Below, one piece after another: positions 45,227-57,015 of a DNA stretch of 64,000 nucleotides (position 1 is its first letter; each line of letters opens with the position of its first letter). The notes under the pieces are model-generated. The model had not been told where the DNA came from and searched no databases. It saw only the letters and a program-made list of their open reading frames with translations. The DNA comes from Schizochytrium sp. TIO01 (Eukaryota; Protista; Bigyra: Labyrinthulomycetes): NCBI GenBank assembly GCA_004764695.1, contig SMSO01000034.1:1426001-1490000 (forward strand), written 5' to 3'. The translations under genes were made by a program, and so were the position numbers.

Positions 45227-47696
45227 TTAAAACTCAAGTTCTTCAAGACCGAGAAGAAATGGGCTCAAGAGTGGGACTAGTCTTGCACGAGCACAAAGTT
45301 CGTGACGCAGGTCAGCGATTCGTAGAAGCGATTCGTGCATTCGTCTTTGCTTACTAGCGTTAATGTGATCGCTGTTCGCATCCTTCGACGAATTTTTTAC
45401 CCTTTCGCTATTCTTCTGTTCCTCTAAAGTCTCTCGGGCACGTTTACGGCCCATAGGCAATTTAAAAGCGCAAGAGACAATAATTGCAGATTGAAGCTCA
45501 TCCAGTACTTGGAGCGCATGTTTTTCAACTTTGTATAATTTTGTAAGCCGCAAATTAATGTCAAGTGCAGCACGGATTGACTCAATGAGAGTGTTGCTGT
45601 ATAATTGCAAGCATTTTTGTTAGCATTTTGTAAGGACAATTGGAACCGGGCATCATCTCTTGGACTTACTCTGATGAGTCTAGACTGTAAATTATTGCAG
45701 CGATGCAGGCATCCAAACCAAGATATAAAAACGAGCGTTAGGATAGGGAGATTTTCTCACTATAAGCAATTTGGAGCTTTACTTACATCAAGTTTGTCAA
45801 AACTTCATTTTCTCTTACTGCACCTGCAAGCGCTTCTGTTCCATGTATACCAATGTCATTCCTTCCCACACTACCCAATGCATATTTGTTAAAAGTAAAA
45901 TAGATCAATTAGTTTCTGTCTGGCGATGGGCCTCATGCGTTTTCACTTACTTCAAATATGTGAGAGATTTGTTCATTTTGAAGGCATCCACAAGTGCTTG
46001 TGCGTCTGCAAAATCAAAATCGGAGTCTGGAATACTTAAATCTGCAAGAGATGCACTGGTTTGCAGTGCATCTGCCAGGGCATGGGCTCCTTCGTCTCCA
46101 ATAGCATTTCTGAAGAGACTGTTGGATCAGTCACATGGCACAATGTCAGTTTCCATAAACAGAATACAGGACTCAAAAGAGGAACTTACTCTAGTCTCGT
46201 CAAACGAGTATTTTCTTTGAGGGCCTGTGCTAGCTTTTGAGCCCCCTGCGCTTTAATATTATTGTATCGAACACTTTGACAGGGTAATTGCGTTAGGCTG
46301 TGTGGTTTGTAGATGAGGTGTGTCATACGGTCACTTACTTTAATTCAACAAGGTCAAAGTTTGTCTTTAATACCTGTGCTATTGCCTCTGCACCTTCGTT
46401 GCCAATTTGATTGCCACTCATACTATTTTTCAAATACCAACGTTAATGAAATTGCTGTTTTTCTGTAACGAATACAACTCAAAACTTACTCAAGGATTCG
46501 AATCTTACTATTACGGGCTAAGAGATCTGCTACTGCCCGAGCCCCTGTGGGTTGCACAGAATTAGCACAAAGACTATAAGGTTTGGGATGATTCAGTGTT
46601 AGTTGGTACTGCTGCGAAACAGAGCAAGATGACAAGCCAACGTACTTGAGATCTGCCACGGTCGGATGGTCATGAAGAGCTGAGGCTATGAAACTTGCAC
46701 CCTCTGGGCCCAGCTCGTTTCCAGCAAAACTAATTCCCATTAAGCAGTATTTCGACATTTCCTTGTTAGCATTTGTGTGGTCTACATGGTGTCTTTTTGG
46801 AATAAATAACGCACCTGATAAATTTAAGAGCACGGTTTGCTCTGAGCCCACTAGCAATAGCACTCGCGCCTTTGGAGCCAATGCAGTTTTCACGAAGGCT
46901 ATGTTGCGCAGTGTTGTTATACTTTATGTTAGAGTTTGGATTTCAGGCAATACAAAGAAAAATCTGAAGGTGAACGTACTTTAAGTATTCCAGAGTTTCA
47001 TTATCTTTCAAGAGTGTACCAATGATTTGGGCACCCATATCGCCAATATCATTATTAAAGAGACTAAGTAAACGAATGTTAATTTCTGACGCTCTCAAGC
47101 TACCGTATATGGGATGTACTTACCTTAGATGTTTAATGCCCTTCAAGCTTTCTGAAAGATTTCGGATACCTTCGGCTCCAATCTCGTTTGCTTCGATGCT
47201 GTCAATACGTGGTTCGAAAGGTTAGTGAAAGTTGAAGTTGGGTTTTATTCTGTCTCACAAGTGAAAACTTACGCAAGAATTGGAAGGCCAGGTCTTTTCG
47301 CCAAGCCCTTGGCAAGAATGCATGCTCCTTGTGAGCCTAACGCATTCCCATACAAAGTCAACGACACGATACTTTTGTTTTGCGCAAGAGCTTGCGACAA
47401 TAGTTGTGCATCATTTTCGCATAAACAAAGTCCATGGAGTTTAAGTTTCTTCAATGTTGTGCTACTTTGGACAGCCTTCATCAATTCTTTGATGTCTAAA
47501 GCAACGGCTCGATCGAATTCAATTCTGTTTACATGATTATGTTCGCGATTCGAAGTTAGCGATAGACTTAGATGTGATGAAGATTTGTTAGAGTCCGTCT
47601 TCAGGATTTGTAGACTTACGAAATATCTGCCTCGCCTCTGCATATTTTTACAAGAGCATTGCTTAACTTTGTGGCATCATCTTCGCCGTTCATCAT
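45227..47696 (-). CDS. Spliced ribonuclease-inhibitor/NLR-type LRR protein (at least 13 exons)
   Basis: Hand-spliced exons (minus strand): 47696-47620, 47566-47273, 47198-47124, 47063-46980, 46898-46815, 46729-46646, 46573-46490, 46422-46339, 46273-46190, 46118-45951, 45870-45787, 45684-45670, 45596-45227. Donors GTAAGT/GTACGT/GTGCGT, mostly CTAAC-like branch points, AG acceptors. Splicing gives a continuous frame of 28-aa repeats such as SLFNNDIGDMGAQIIGTLLKDNETLEYL and DMSGNQIGNEGAEAIAQVLKTNFDLVEL. The 5' end is uncertain: the frame stays open up to an AG near 47738. Confidence 0.88.
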
Positions 47697-47772
47697 TTTC
47701 ACGATGGCGTTCCTTTGCCTGTCCGAAAGAGTCTCCCTAGGTTTAATTAATCGCTGCAATTACAATGGCTGA

Positions 47773-47803
47773 CTTTGGTTTTGGTTTTGGTTTTGGTTTT
47801 GGT
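47773..47803. repeat. (TTTTGG)n hexamer repeat
   Basis: Direct: tttggttttggttttggttttggttttgg. Confidence 0.8.
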
Positions 47804-50800
47804 TATGCCCCGTCTGAATCAGCTGGCTTGCTTGGGGTTGTCAGACCTTGCCTACGCTTAGTACTGAAGCAGTTGAACTCGCCTCTGTTATCTTTTTATG
47901 AGGGCTTCCCAAGCCCAAGTCGAGTGATCGTCTTTGCCAACCCAATAAGCAAGGCCTCACGGTGGCCACCGAGCAAGCTCTCGTCGATCTCTGGTCTGCA
48001 CTCGGCCAAGGCAAAGCGGAAAGGGTTTTGGAAGTCACCGGCGACCTCACCTCGGAAAGAAGCTTTTGAGCTTGATGATGACGATGATGAAGATGATGAT
48101 GATGTTAGTGAGAAAAGAATTGATTTCATTAAAAATGGAAAATGAGCATGATGATGAGAAGAACATTAAATTTATTAAAAACAATAATATAAAGAAAGTT
48201 AAAAAACACCTACTAATAAATAGTATATGCCTACATTTGTAGGTAGTGTACTTTGTGGAGTACTGAGAAGAAATATAAGGTCATTTGAGAAGTGACCCAA
48301 GATCAAGCAAGTTGGATCTCCATGTCACTGTCAAAGACGAAGTAGGTGGCTCGCGTAAGGCCAAGGCCAAGACTGTGAGGTTCAGTACAACGAGAATCAG
48401 CGCCGACTCCAGCCTCCTGGCGAAAAGAAACACCGCTGAGGGGAAGAGGTTCTGCTTTGCTTTGTTCTAGCATTCATGGATTTCCGCTAAGAAGTCGCAA
48501 GAGCGTCCGGACATCAGTCGCCAAGTAGTTTCCAGGCAATCTCCGTTAAAAATTGAAACAAGTATCTATGAACAAGGCCCCGTTTGGACGAGTGTGGGTC
48601 CTCTTTTATTTTCGCGCCCAATCCTTAAGTCTCCGAAGCGTTCCGAATAAACTGTTGCGCAGAATTTGTGGCATTCCCCATATTCTTATCTCCAGAAATG
48701 GCGCAAGGCTATCGATGCGCATGCATATCCACAACTTCGCAATACTTTAGCACGTCTTGTCACTATGCGGCTGTTACACGCGACAATTTGTTCTGTTAGT
48801 TGAGCTCCAAATGTTGACGAGTTTACAAAATCGCAGTATGGGAGTGACCTCTACCGACGTACGTCATCGTAGCATTCTAACAAACGTATTTGGCACTTAG
48901 CTTACTGATGACGAGGTGTTATATCTTTTCCGCAGCACATACATGACGATCTTAAATAGATGTACCCACACGCTCGATGTGATGATTTGCAGCGATTGAT
49001 TCGCTCATTTCACAACACATTTCTTTAAATTAAAATTGTTTTCCAGATGATTGATTCATTAAATAATGTTCTTTTTTTATATATTTTTAATGTAATGCAG
49101 TGGTTAGCAGTCGAGGATTAGAATATTAACGAAATCAAGCAAAGAGCAAATGCTAAATAGGATTCTCCTGGTCTATTAGGCAGCTTCTTCAAGAGGCAGT
49201 AGTATAGCCTGGTTTTCCTCACCCCCCCTCTTTGTACAGCCCGGCTCCTAGCAATTTCGCCGCTTTCCTGAAGCTAAGTTGAGGACAGGACACTTTTGTA
49301 CTGAATACCATGATTGCTAGTGCCGTCTGCTTATAAAATGAAACTTAATACAGGCCTATATTAAGTCTCAAAGGGCCGACGGAGGCGGAGGGTTTCTTTC
49401 GGGTATGTCCACATCTGAGTGATGCTGCGGAGATAGATGTTATTCGAATTGACTTGGTTTTTAACTGTCCGAGTGTAGTAGAAGGAGCGACACCAGAAAC
49501 TTCTCACTTCTGAATGCCCTGAATATGATTAAAATGTACCAGGAGTGCTTGACACGAACTTCGAGGAAGATGTAAATATGGGGGATCATTAGGCGACAAA
49601 CGTCATTGCATACGAAGAACGTCAACCCTGCGAAAGGTACACAATTACCCAGCTAGTAACTTGAAAGAAGCTGCGACTAGAAGAGGGGTTGTACAGTTGT
49701 CCTAAGCTCAAGTTCTGTACCTAACAGGAAATGGTGTGGTAAAGAAGTTTACTCAGAACCTTACCTGAGTTGATTTTTAGATGTCATTGAAGTTAGCAAT
49801 TGTTCTTGACACTTTTGAAGGGGTGTTTATACTATCGAATAGTAGTTGAAGGAATGGGGTATTCTAAGCTCATCTTTAAGGCAAGCTTCAAAGTTAGCTT
49901 GGTTATCGTTTGTTTGCGTTGGGCAGTTTTTGTTTTGTTTTTGTTTTTAGGAATCTGTTTCATGATTTATTAGACAACTGTATACGTTACCGATGTATTT
50001 TTGCTTTTAGAAATCGGGTTATGTTCTGATTGTCTAGAGTGAATTTTTTGTGCAAAACATATTATTCACCTTTATGTATGCGAAAATTGTTTAATCTCAA
50101 GAGTTGCTGTTATATTCCTCAGAATAAATTTGTCGTGAGGCAGTGGAAGAAATTCATCCAATGCGCAATGTAGAGATATAAGAGTTTGCAACGTGCAAAG
50201 TTGTTTTGTTCAGAGCTTGAAAGCATCATCATCTTGGTAGTAACGTTGTTGTTTCTTTCATCATATAAATTAGTAGCCTCGTTTCTCTCTTTTTGCTTTG
50301 CTCTGCCACAACAGCTTTGATACTGCGGAATACGATACATTGTTCAGACGTAGACGACTTTACCATTGCCATTGCTACATTTTTATTTTTTTCTTTTCCT
50401 TTTTTTTGAGGAGTGCTTTGCTGCATGAAGAGTAATTATGTGGGTATCTTCTTTTCACTTGACATCCGTCGCTTGTGTGCATATTCATGGAGTATTACTC
50501 GCTGCGACGCCTCTGCGCTTGGGTTTCACAACCTGGATGCGAAAGTGAAAGATGAATTTCCACCGTAAGGTTCTCGAAACCCGCTCTCAATAACGATAGC
50601 TCTCAACTTTGACACTAAAACCGACCCTGAACGTATCAAAACTAACCTACACTAACTTCAACTTAATTATTTTTCATGACCCTTTCAACTCTCCAAGTAC
50701 CCTTTACCCAATTCGCAACTACTCCCAGACCAGCACGCCGCTTTTGAGAGCGCCAAACAGCTTAGCAGCCTCTATTGTTATACTTATTACCTTAAATAGA

Positions 50801-51472
50801 AGGGAGGTGGGTACCTCTGATGTAGCACACCAGCGCACACACACTCATATATTACTTCAGCCACTGCACTGAAGTGCTTCGCACGTCTCCAGACAACATG
50901 ACTTCCATTGCTCTCAGAAGCATTCCTTGTCTCGCTCAAGTTCAGAGTTCACAGTTGCAGCAGTGAACATTAACAACCATCCAAAGAAACGATCGATGTG
51001 TAACCGCCGCTGGAGTGCCCATTCTTCACTTGCGTACCCTTTAACCTATTATACTGCAGGCTTATTAATAGAGTATCAATGAGTCATACAATGGGTTATG
51101 CTCCCCATTATAGGCTATCCGGCTCCAAGATTTCTGGGAAAAAGTTTCAAGAGATTGGGATATCACTTACCTGACGAGTAGGACCTATCAATAGCAGTAG
51201 GGTAGAACTTGCGGAATACTATATAGAAGAGAGAGGAAAAGAAAAAGAAAGCCTAACGACGCAGACTCTCAAAAGTTAGTAAAGTCAAGCCCAATCAATC
51301 AAACCCGAATCTTGTGCTCCCGGCCTCCCCGTAGAGCTTGCAACGCACGGCGTGGTTTCAAGCACAACGTGAACACGAGCTCCATTTATCTGAAGCATTG
51401 TCGTGAAGCTTGCTGTGAGGTCTGCGTTGAGAGCGTCTTCTTTGTGATAGATCACTCTTGTTTTCGTTCAAG

Positions 51473-52162
51473 ATGAGCCTTGTGGAACAGGCCATGCAAA
51501 AGGCCAAGAATGCCAAGAAGCCGTCGCTGAAGAGTGTCCGCGGCGCCACTAGTGACGAAAACAAGCCTCCACAGAAACTCTCGCTGACCGATCAGGCCAT
51601 GCTGAGGGCCAAACAGAGCGTGGTCTCGTCCCCAGCGTCTAAAACTGAGCCCAGGAAATCTCGCACGCCTAGCACAGCTGGCAAAAAGCGCACAGAAGTC
51701 CGCGCTCGCAGTAAGTCTAGATCTCGTGTTGTACCTGCTGCTCCTGTCTTTGAAGAAACCGTACAGGAGGACCCAGAGGAGGTGGAAGAGTATGACTTTG
51801 AAGAGAATGCCAGGATTGATAATCAGGGTAGCATCGATGTGGCTGAGGTCGAAACAGCCGATGGTGAGGATGATGAGATCATCTCTCCTGAGAAGGTTGA
51901 GGAGGCCAGTGACGAGGAGGTTCATGAAGAGTCTGATGACGCAGACACTGATGTCGAGGAGCTCGTAACAAAGAGCTCAGAGATCACGGAGGTTGTGAAG
52001 CCGTCGGAAAAGGCCTTCTCGGTAGCCGAGGGTGTCATCATTCTCTTCATTGTTCTCACTATTATTCTCTTCGTTATGGGCGACCCGCGTCCTTTTATGC
52101 ATGAAGCGCTCGCTGATGTCAAACAGACCTATCAGCAAATTGCCGCTCCTTCTAGCAAGTAA
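51473..52162 (+). CDS. Uncharacterised tail-anchored protein with basic N-terminus, acidic middle and C-terminal TM
   Basis: ATG 51473. Internal repeat (SLVEQAMQKAK / SLTDQAMLRAK), E/D-rich tract, TM GVIILFIVLTIILFVM. Confidence 0.75.
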   Translation: MSLVEQAMQKAKNAKKPSLKSVRGATSDENKPPQKLSLTDQAMLRAKQSVVSSPASKTEPRKSRTPSTAGKKRTEVRARSKSRSRVVPAAPVFEETVQEDPEEVEEYDFEENARIDNQGSIDVAEVETADGEDDEIISPEKVEEASDEEVHEESDDADTDVEELVTKSSEITEVVKPSEKAFSVAEGVIILFIVLTIILFVMGDPRPFMHEALADVKQTYQQIAAPSSK

Positions 52163-53506
52163 TGATAGGAATTACGGTGTACCGGGCCAGTTTTTCTGGC
52201 CTTGTTCTTGGTTGGACTGGGTGATTCAAATCTGATTTTTTGAAGTGTTGTAACTCATGCAAAGCATTACGTTTGGCATATCCGAGAGAGACTTTCGAAA
52301 GCTGCTTGGCTTGAGTCCTTTGTCATTTGTATTCTCTCGTATGATATCATGGGTACCACTCACAGCATGACATTTGTGTTGAGCCCACTTCTCCATGTGC
52401 ATCAGGTCGTTCTCGTTAATATCTCTGAGCGTATGGTTGCGCGCTCCAATGCTTCCTCCATCATCGCGTCTTGGTTTGAGGTTTCCTTTACTCTCATGCT
52501 CGATCTCCCTTTCCTTGTAAATTCCAAGGCAGGGATTAAACGTTTATATATGTGTGCTTGCATATGCACGGAGCGCCTTTTCTGCTGACATCAAGCAAAC
52601 TTTGTCTCTGTTGGAAGCTCGCAACTGAAATTATAATGTGCACATATATCTGTTTGTTGCAAATCAGATAATAATACAGAAAAAGAAAAAAGCAATATAG
52701 ATAAGCGCCCTAAGCGAAGGTAGTGCTGCTTCGAAATGCCTTAGTTGCTCAATGGTTCTATTGCATAATTATATTTTAAATGATGTGATACAATGACTCC
52801 TTTGTATAGTTATATAAAATTTCTTGCTCCTTTTTCAAAACTTTTTCCCAACCATTTCGTCGTGAAAATCTCGTGCATGTTGACGAGATCTGCCGGAAAG
52901 ATTCTTTGGAGGTAAACCTACCGTTCAGAGACTTCGCAACGGCTAGATAGATGCAATGCTGGTATGTCAAAATATTGATTCTGTCTGTTCAGTATTGATG
53001 ACTAAAATTCGAATGGCTCTGCGAATGCCCTGAAGGTAAACGATAACTAGAATATATGATTTATTATAGCATTGCCACGAGAATAATCATACATATATAT
53101 CACTTCGTGCCACACTGTATTAATGTACCAGATAAGTCTTTTTAAAGTCTGGCACGTGTGTCCTTGCTTCTATTAATTTCCCAAACCGGAGTGGGCTTCT
53201 TTAACTAGGCAACAAAAGATAAGCAGCTCAATGTAGGCAAAAGATCAAGATTTGGATCAAGTAAACGCACATAATTCTGCAAGAAACCAACCACGGGGCC
53301 TCAAAGTAAAGAAAGATTTGTGAATCAGCCAAAGCTTCGTTTATATTGATGATGGTGATGGTGATGGAATTGTTGATGGAATGTAGCAAATGAAGCACAC
53401 ACCTATGGTGGCGACGAATGAAAACATAACAGCAGCAGCAAATAGGATGTCATTGGAGTAAGAATAAAACAAATGGAACTTGCTTTGGGATGACTAGGGT
53501 ATTACT

Positions 53507-54406
53507 TTACGCTCTGCAGTTGTTTAAGTCAACCACAAAGATGTCGGTGGCACCGAGGCGTTGTAAGTCATCCATGATGTTGTTGACGTCGCTGGTGGCG
53601 ACCATGGCACCAACAGACACCCATGACTCGTCAGCGAGCGGTGTGATAGTGGGCTTCTTCTTGCCCGGAGTCACCTTGGAAGCCTCCTCAAGCTTTTCGC
53701 GAGAAACATTGTAGTAGATCATCTTGTTCTTGCGAGCCAAGAGGTATCCCTCAATGCGCTTGCGGAGCATGTCGATAATCTCATCATGCGTGCTGTGCGG
53801 GTTAGCAATGACCACAGTCTCAGTGGTGATCAAAGTCGAGACAATCTCGAGACCAGCTGCGCGCATAGTGGTTCCGGTCTCTACGAGATCCACAACAGCA
53901 TCTGCCAATCCAAGACCGCAAGCAGCTTCCACAGAGCCCGAAATAGAGCGCACCTTAGTGTCCGCGTTACCTTCCGTGTCGAGCTCATCAAAGTACTTTT
54001 TGGTCAAGTACGGGAACGAGGTTGCAATGCGCTTGCCAACGACCATTTTGGGGTCCGTGATGCAGTCCTTGATGGGAGCTTGGAGAGCGAGCTGACACTT
54101 GCCAAATCCAGTGCGGATAAGCTCCTTGACCTCGACATTAGCCTCAGCGACCATGTCTTGGCCAGTGAGACCGATATCGACATTACCTTCTCCAACGAAA
54201 CGAGCAATGTCCTTGGCAGGGAGGAAGACAATTTTGATAGGGAGGGAGGGGCACAGGGCGATGTCCTGTCGTGGTGCGCGGTGGTACTCAAGACCGATGC
54301 CAGAGAGGAGCTGGTTGCACTTCTCAAAGAGACGGCCCTTCTTGGGCACAGCGAGAAGGCAGAGGCCATCGCCACACTCAGACATGGAGGCGTCCACGCC
54401 GGCCAT
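53507..54406 (-). CDS. HIS1: ATP phosphoribosyltransferase (long form)
   Basis: LAVPKKGRL, DIGLTGQD, IATSFP, ISGSVEAACGLGLADAVVDLVETGTTMRAAGL, C-terminal regulatory domain TPGKKKPTITPL. Confidence 0.96.
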   Translation of the reverse strand: MAGVDASMSECGDGLCLLAVPKKGRLFEKCNQLLSGIGLEYHRAPRQDIALCPSLPIKIVFLPAKDIARFVGEGNVDIGLTGQDMVAEANVEVKELIRTGFGKCQLALQAPIKDCITDPKMVVGKRIATSFPYLTKKYFDELDTEGNADTKVRSISGSVEAACGLGLADAVVDLVETGTTMRAAGLEIVSTLITTETVVIANPHSTHDEIIDMLRKRIEGYLLARKNKMIYYNVSREKLEEASKVTPGKKKPTITPLADESWVSVGAMVATSDVNNIMDDLQRLGATDIFVVDLNNCRA

Positions 54407-54599
54407 TTTCACAAACAGACAACCGCGAAGGGACCTAGCGACAACCTAGCGCAACGGCGACTATGGATGCTCGCAACTTAGCACCCAACAGCGGCAGTTA
54501 TCGCCTCGGGGTGCGACGATGAAGCGGTGAGGGAACGAATTCGTGCTTTGCTGCCTTTGCTTCTGTGCGCTTATTATTCGCCTATTTTCTACTCATTCA

Positions 54600-54604
54600 C
54601 TCTC

Positions 54605-54664
<60 letters not shown>

Positions 54665-54682
54665 TCATTTATTCATTCATTC
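54600..54682. repeat. (TTTC)n followed by (TTCA)n microsatellite
   Basis: Direct. Confidence 0.9.
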
Positions 54683-54885
54683 AACACCTTCGATTTGCTG
54701 TTTACTTTTTTTGCCTCGAACATCACTGATACATACATACATTACTTATGGAAGCACCACCATCGTCTTTTCTTATCGTCTTCGAGTTTATCTTTCCCCA
54801 AAGTCCAAGTCTGAAGATGCGGCAGACCCATCAGAACAACAGACGAGCAAACAAACGACGGTCACTCACGCCAAGGTTGCCACGC

Positions 54886-54945
54886 AGCAAGCAAGCAAAC
54901 AAAGCAAACAAAGCAAACAATCAATCAATCAATCAATCAATCAAT
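54886..54945. repeat. (GCAA/CAAA)n plus (CAAT)n microsatellite
   Basis: Direct: gcaagcaagcaaacaaagcaaacaaagcaaacaatcaatcaatcaatcaatc. Confidence 0.85.
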
Positions 54946-55149
54946 TTGCAATCGCATCTTAGTCCCCAAAGCCAAAACGCCATGCGAGATCGGCAATAAT
55001 TTGTTCAAGAAAGCATCTTCTGACCCATAGTGCGCTCGCTTATTGCGCTAATAAGTAAAACTTTGGTTTTGGAGTACTTTGCTTTCATCCGCTTTTCATA
55101 TGTTGACCTCTCCATACTATTCCAAAGTTCACCGTTGAACGAAACTAAT

Positions 55150-55278
55150 TTTATTCCATTCCATTAATTCCATTCCATTCCATTGATTTTATTCCATTCC
55201 ACTAATTCCATTCCATTTATTCCATTTATTCCATTCCATTCCATTTATTCCGTTCTATTCTGTTCCGTTCTATTCCAT
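55150..55278. repeat. Degenerate (TTCCA)n pentamer array
   Basis: Direct: attccattccattaattccattccattcc...ttccgttctattcc. Confidence 0.85.
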
Positions 55279-57015
55279 GCTGCAATTGTACTCTCGCAAA
55301 GCTATGGTCTAGAAATCTGCGGAGAGCCGCCTTCGCACGCTCCAGAGCCGCTGCGCGCTGCCCTGGGCGTCGACAATTAATTCGTCCCAGAGCTCCTGCG
55401 GCTGCCGGGCCCCATTAAGACAGCGTTTCCTCGCCCTCCTCGCAGCTCTGAGGCGGCGCCGCTGCTGCTTCGCTGCTTCTTCGCGGCGTCGCAGTGCTGC
55501 TGGTGGCCACCGCAAGATGCGCTCGGCCGCGTCGCCGCAGCCCGTTTAGAGGCCCAATTAAGTGGCCCATAGGCCGAAAAAAGAATCTAATGGGGGCGCT
55601 ACGTGGCTGGGTAGTAGCTAGGTAGGTCTGAGTAGGGTCGGGTAGCTGAAACTGGTAGCAGTGAGGAGCAGCGACACTCTGGGAAAGCAGTCTTTCACGT
55701 TGATGGTATGGACATGGATCGATGACGATTATGATGTTATGCAGATTAAAAGACGTGTTGTAGAATGTTCACACGCTACACTATTTATTCTATGCTGTAC
55801 TATTATCGCACGAAATGACTCGTGAACAAAGTAATTTGATTTATTGTTATTTAATATTGTTTTATTATCTTTAGTTTTCATGTATTAATTTCTTTAATTA
55901 AAAAAAAAAAAAAAAAAAGGAGCGCCATCTTCGAAGTGCCAAGAAGGAGCGCGGAATGATGATGATTGAGCAACAGATCTTGAGATCTTGATTGCACAAA
56001 CGAATCATTGCACAAATGAATGAAGGAATCCTTGCACAGATGAGTGACTGACTGACTGAAAGTATGGAGGAGGTGGAGGTGGCTTGGGCTTAGACAGAAT
56101 GGGATCGAGTGCGAATGGAACAGCTCAGCTGCGTTTTTGGCTTGCAGAACGCCGACAGAATGTGCGGATGGAATGTAGAATCTTGGAGGGCGGAGCATGT
56201 GTTGGTTGAAGTTATGTATGATTGCTCTGCCGCAGTGATTTCAGTTGGAGAACTTCTTCGGATACTTAGGATAATGTAATGCAGCAGATACCAAGCAACT
56301 GAGAAATGCGAGCGAGTTCGAGGAGTTTGACATTTGCAAACGGTGTTTTGATTAAAAAGTGGGTGGCAAAGAGGTGATTTGTTGTTGTTGAGCTACGCAG
56401 CGAGTGAAGAACTGCGATAGGGCATCGCGCCGAGCAAGCGGATTCATATAGGCTTTCTTCAAGACCTGCATCTGCAGAGACGAAAATCTTGAACCGGGGA
56501 AAAACTAAAAAGCCAAAACTAAGGTTTGTGTCTTTTTGCTCCTTTTTGTTTTCATTGTTTTGATTTGTTTTTTAATTTTTATGACTGCAATGAATTGGAA
56601 AGAGAGCTGAGAGCGCACACGAGAAGACTGCACTGGTCGCCAAAGACGTCAGTGAGATTCGAACAAAGCAACGAGCGCTGGTCTCGCGCCTACTCGTATG
56701 GTCCTCGACATTTCGACATTTCAGTCACCGTCATAGGAGAGAAGATTAAGGAAATCCTCCTGATCGATCTGCGGCGTCAAAGTTGTCCTGAGAACAACAA
56801 AGGAAAAAGAAAAAAGAAAACCCAAAGATTCAACTAAAGAAATGATTATCTTTTATGCAGTTGTTCAAAGACTTCGCAGAGCGAAAACGCGGCTCTGCTT
56901 GGACGAAGCTCGCACGAAGTAGAGGGCACCACTCTGCGCAAACCTTGTGCAGACAGCCTCTGCAGGTAGAGTTGCTTGAGAGCAGCGGCATACCTTTTGG
57001 TGCTTTCAAAGCGCC

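Noticed and set aside
47773-47803. (TTTTGG)n as an interstitial telomere
   Set aside because: Only about 5 units and not a TTAGGG/TTTAGGG-type repeat.
47765-48145. 126-aa plus-strand ORF (MADFGFGFGFG...DDDDD)
   Set aside because: Built largely from simple repeats in the LRR gene's upstream region; likely spurious.
48480-48890. Coding-like plus-strand frame with internal stops
   Set aside because: No recognisable family; indistinguishable from chance without a homology search.
53786-54481. 231-aa plus-strand ORF and other antisense ORFs over HIS1, BLTP2, PNPO and SmD3
   Set aside because: Shadow ORFs of codon-biased real genes; no recognisable motifs.
55150-55278. Repeat array considered as CRISPR or centromeric satellite
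   Set aside because: Degenerate pentamer microsatellite without unique spacers; eukaryotic context and no cas genes.
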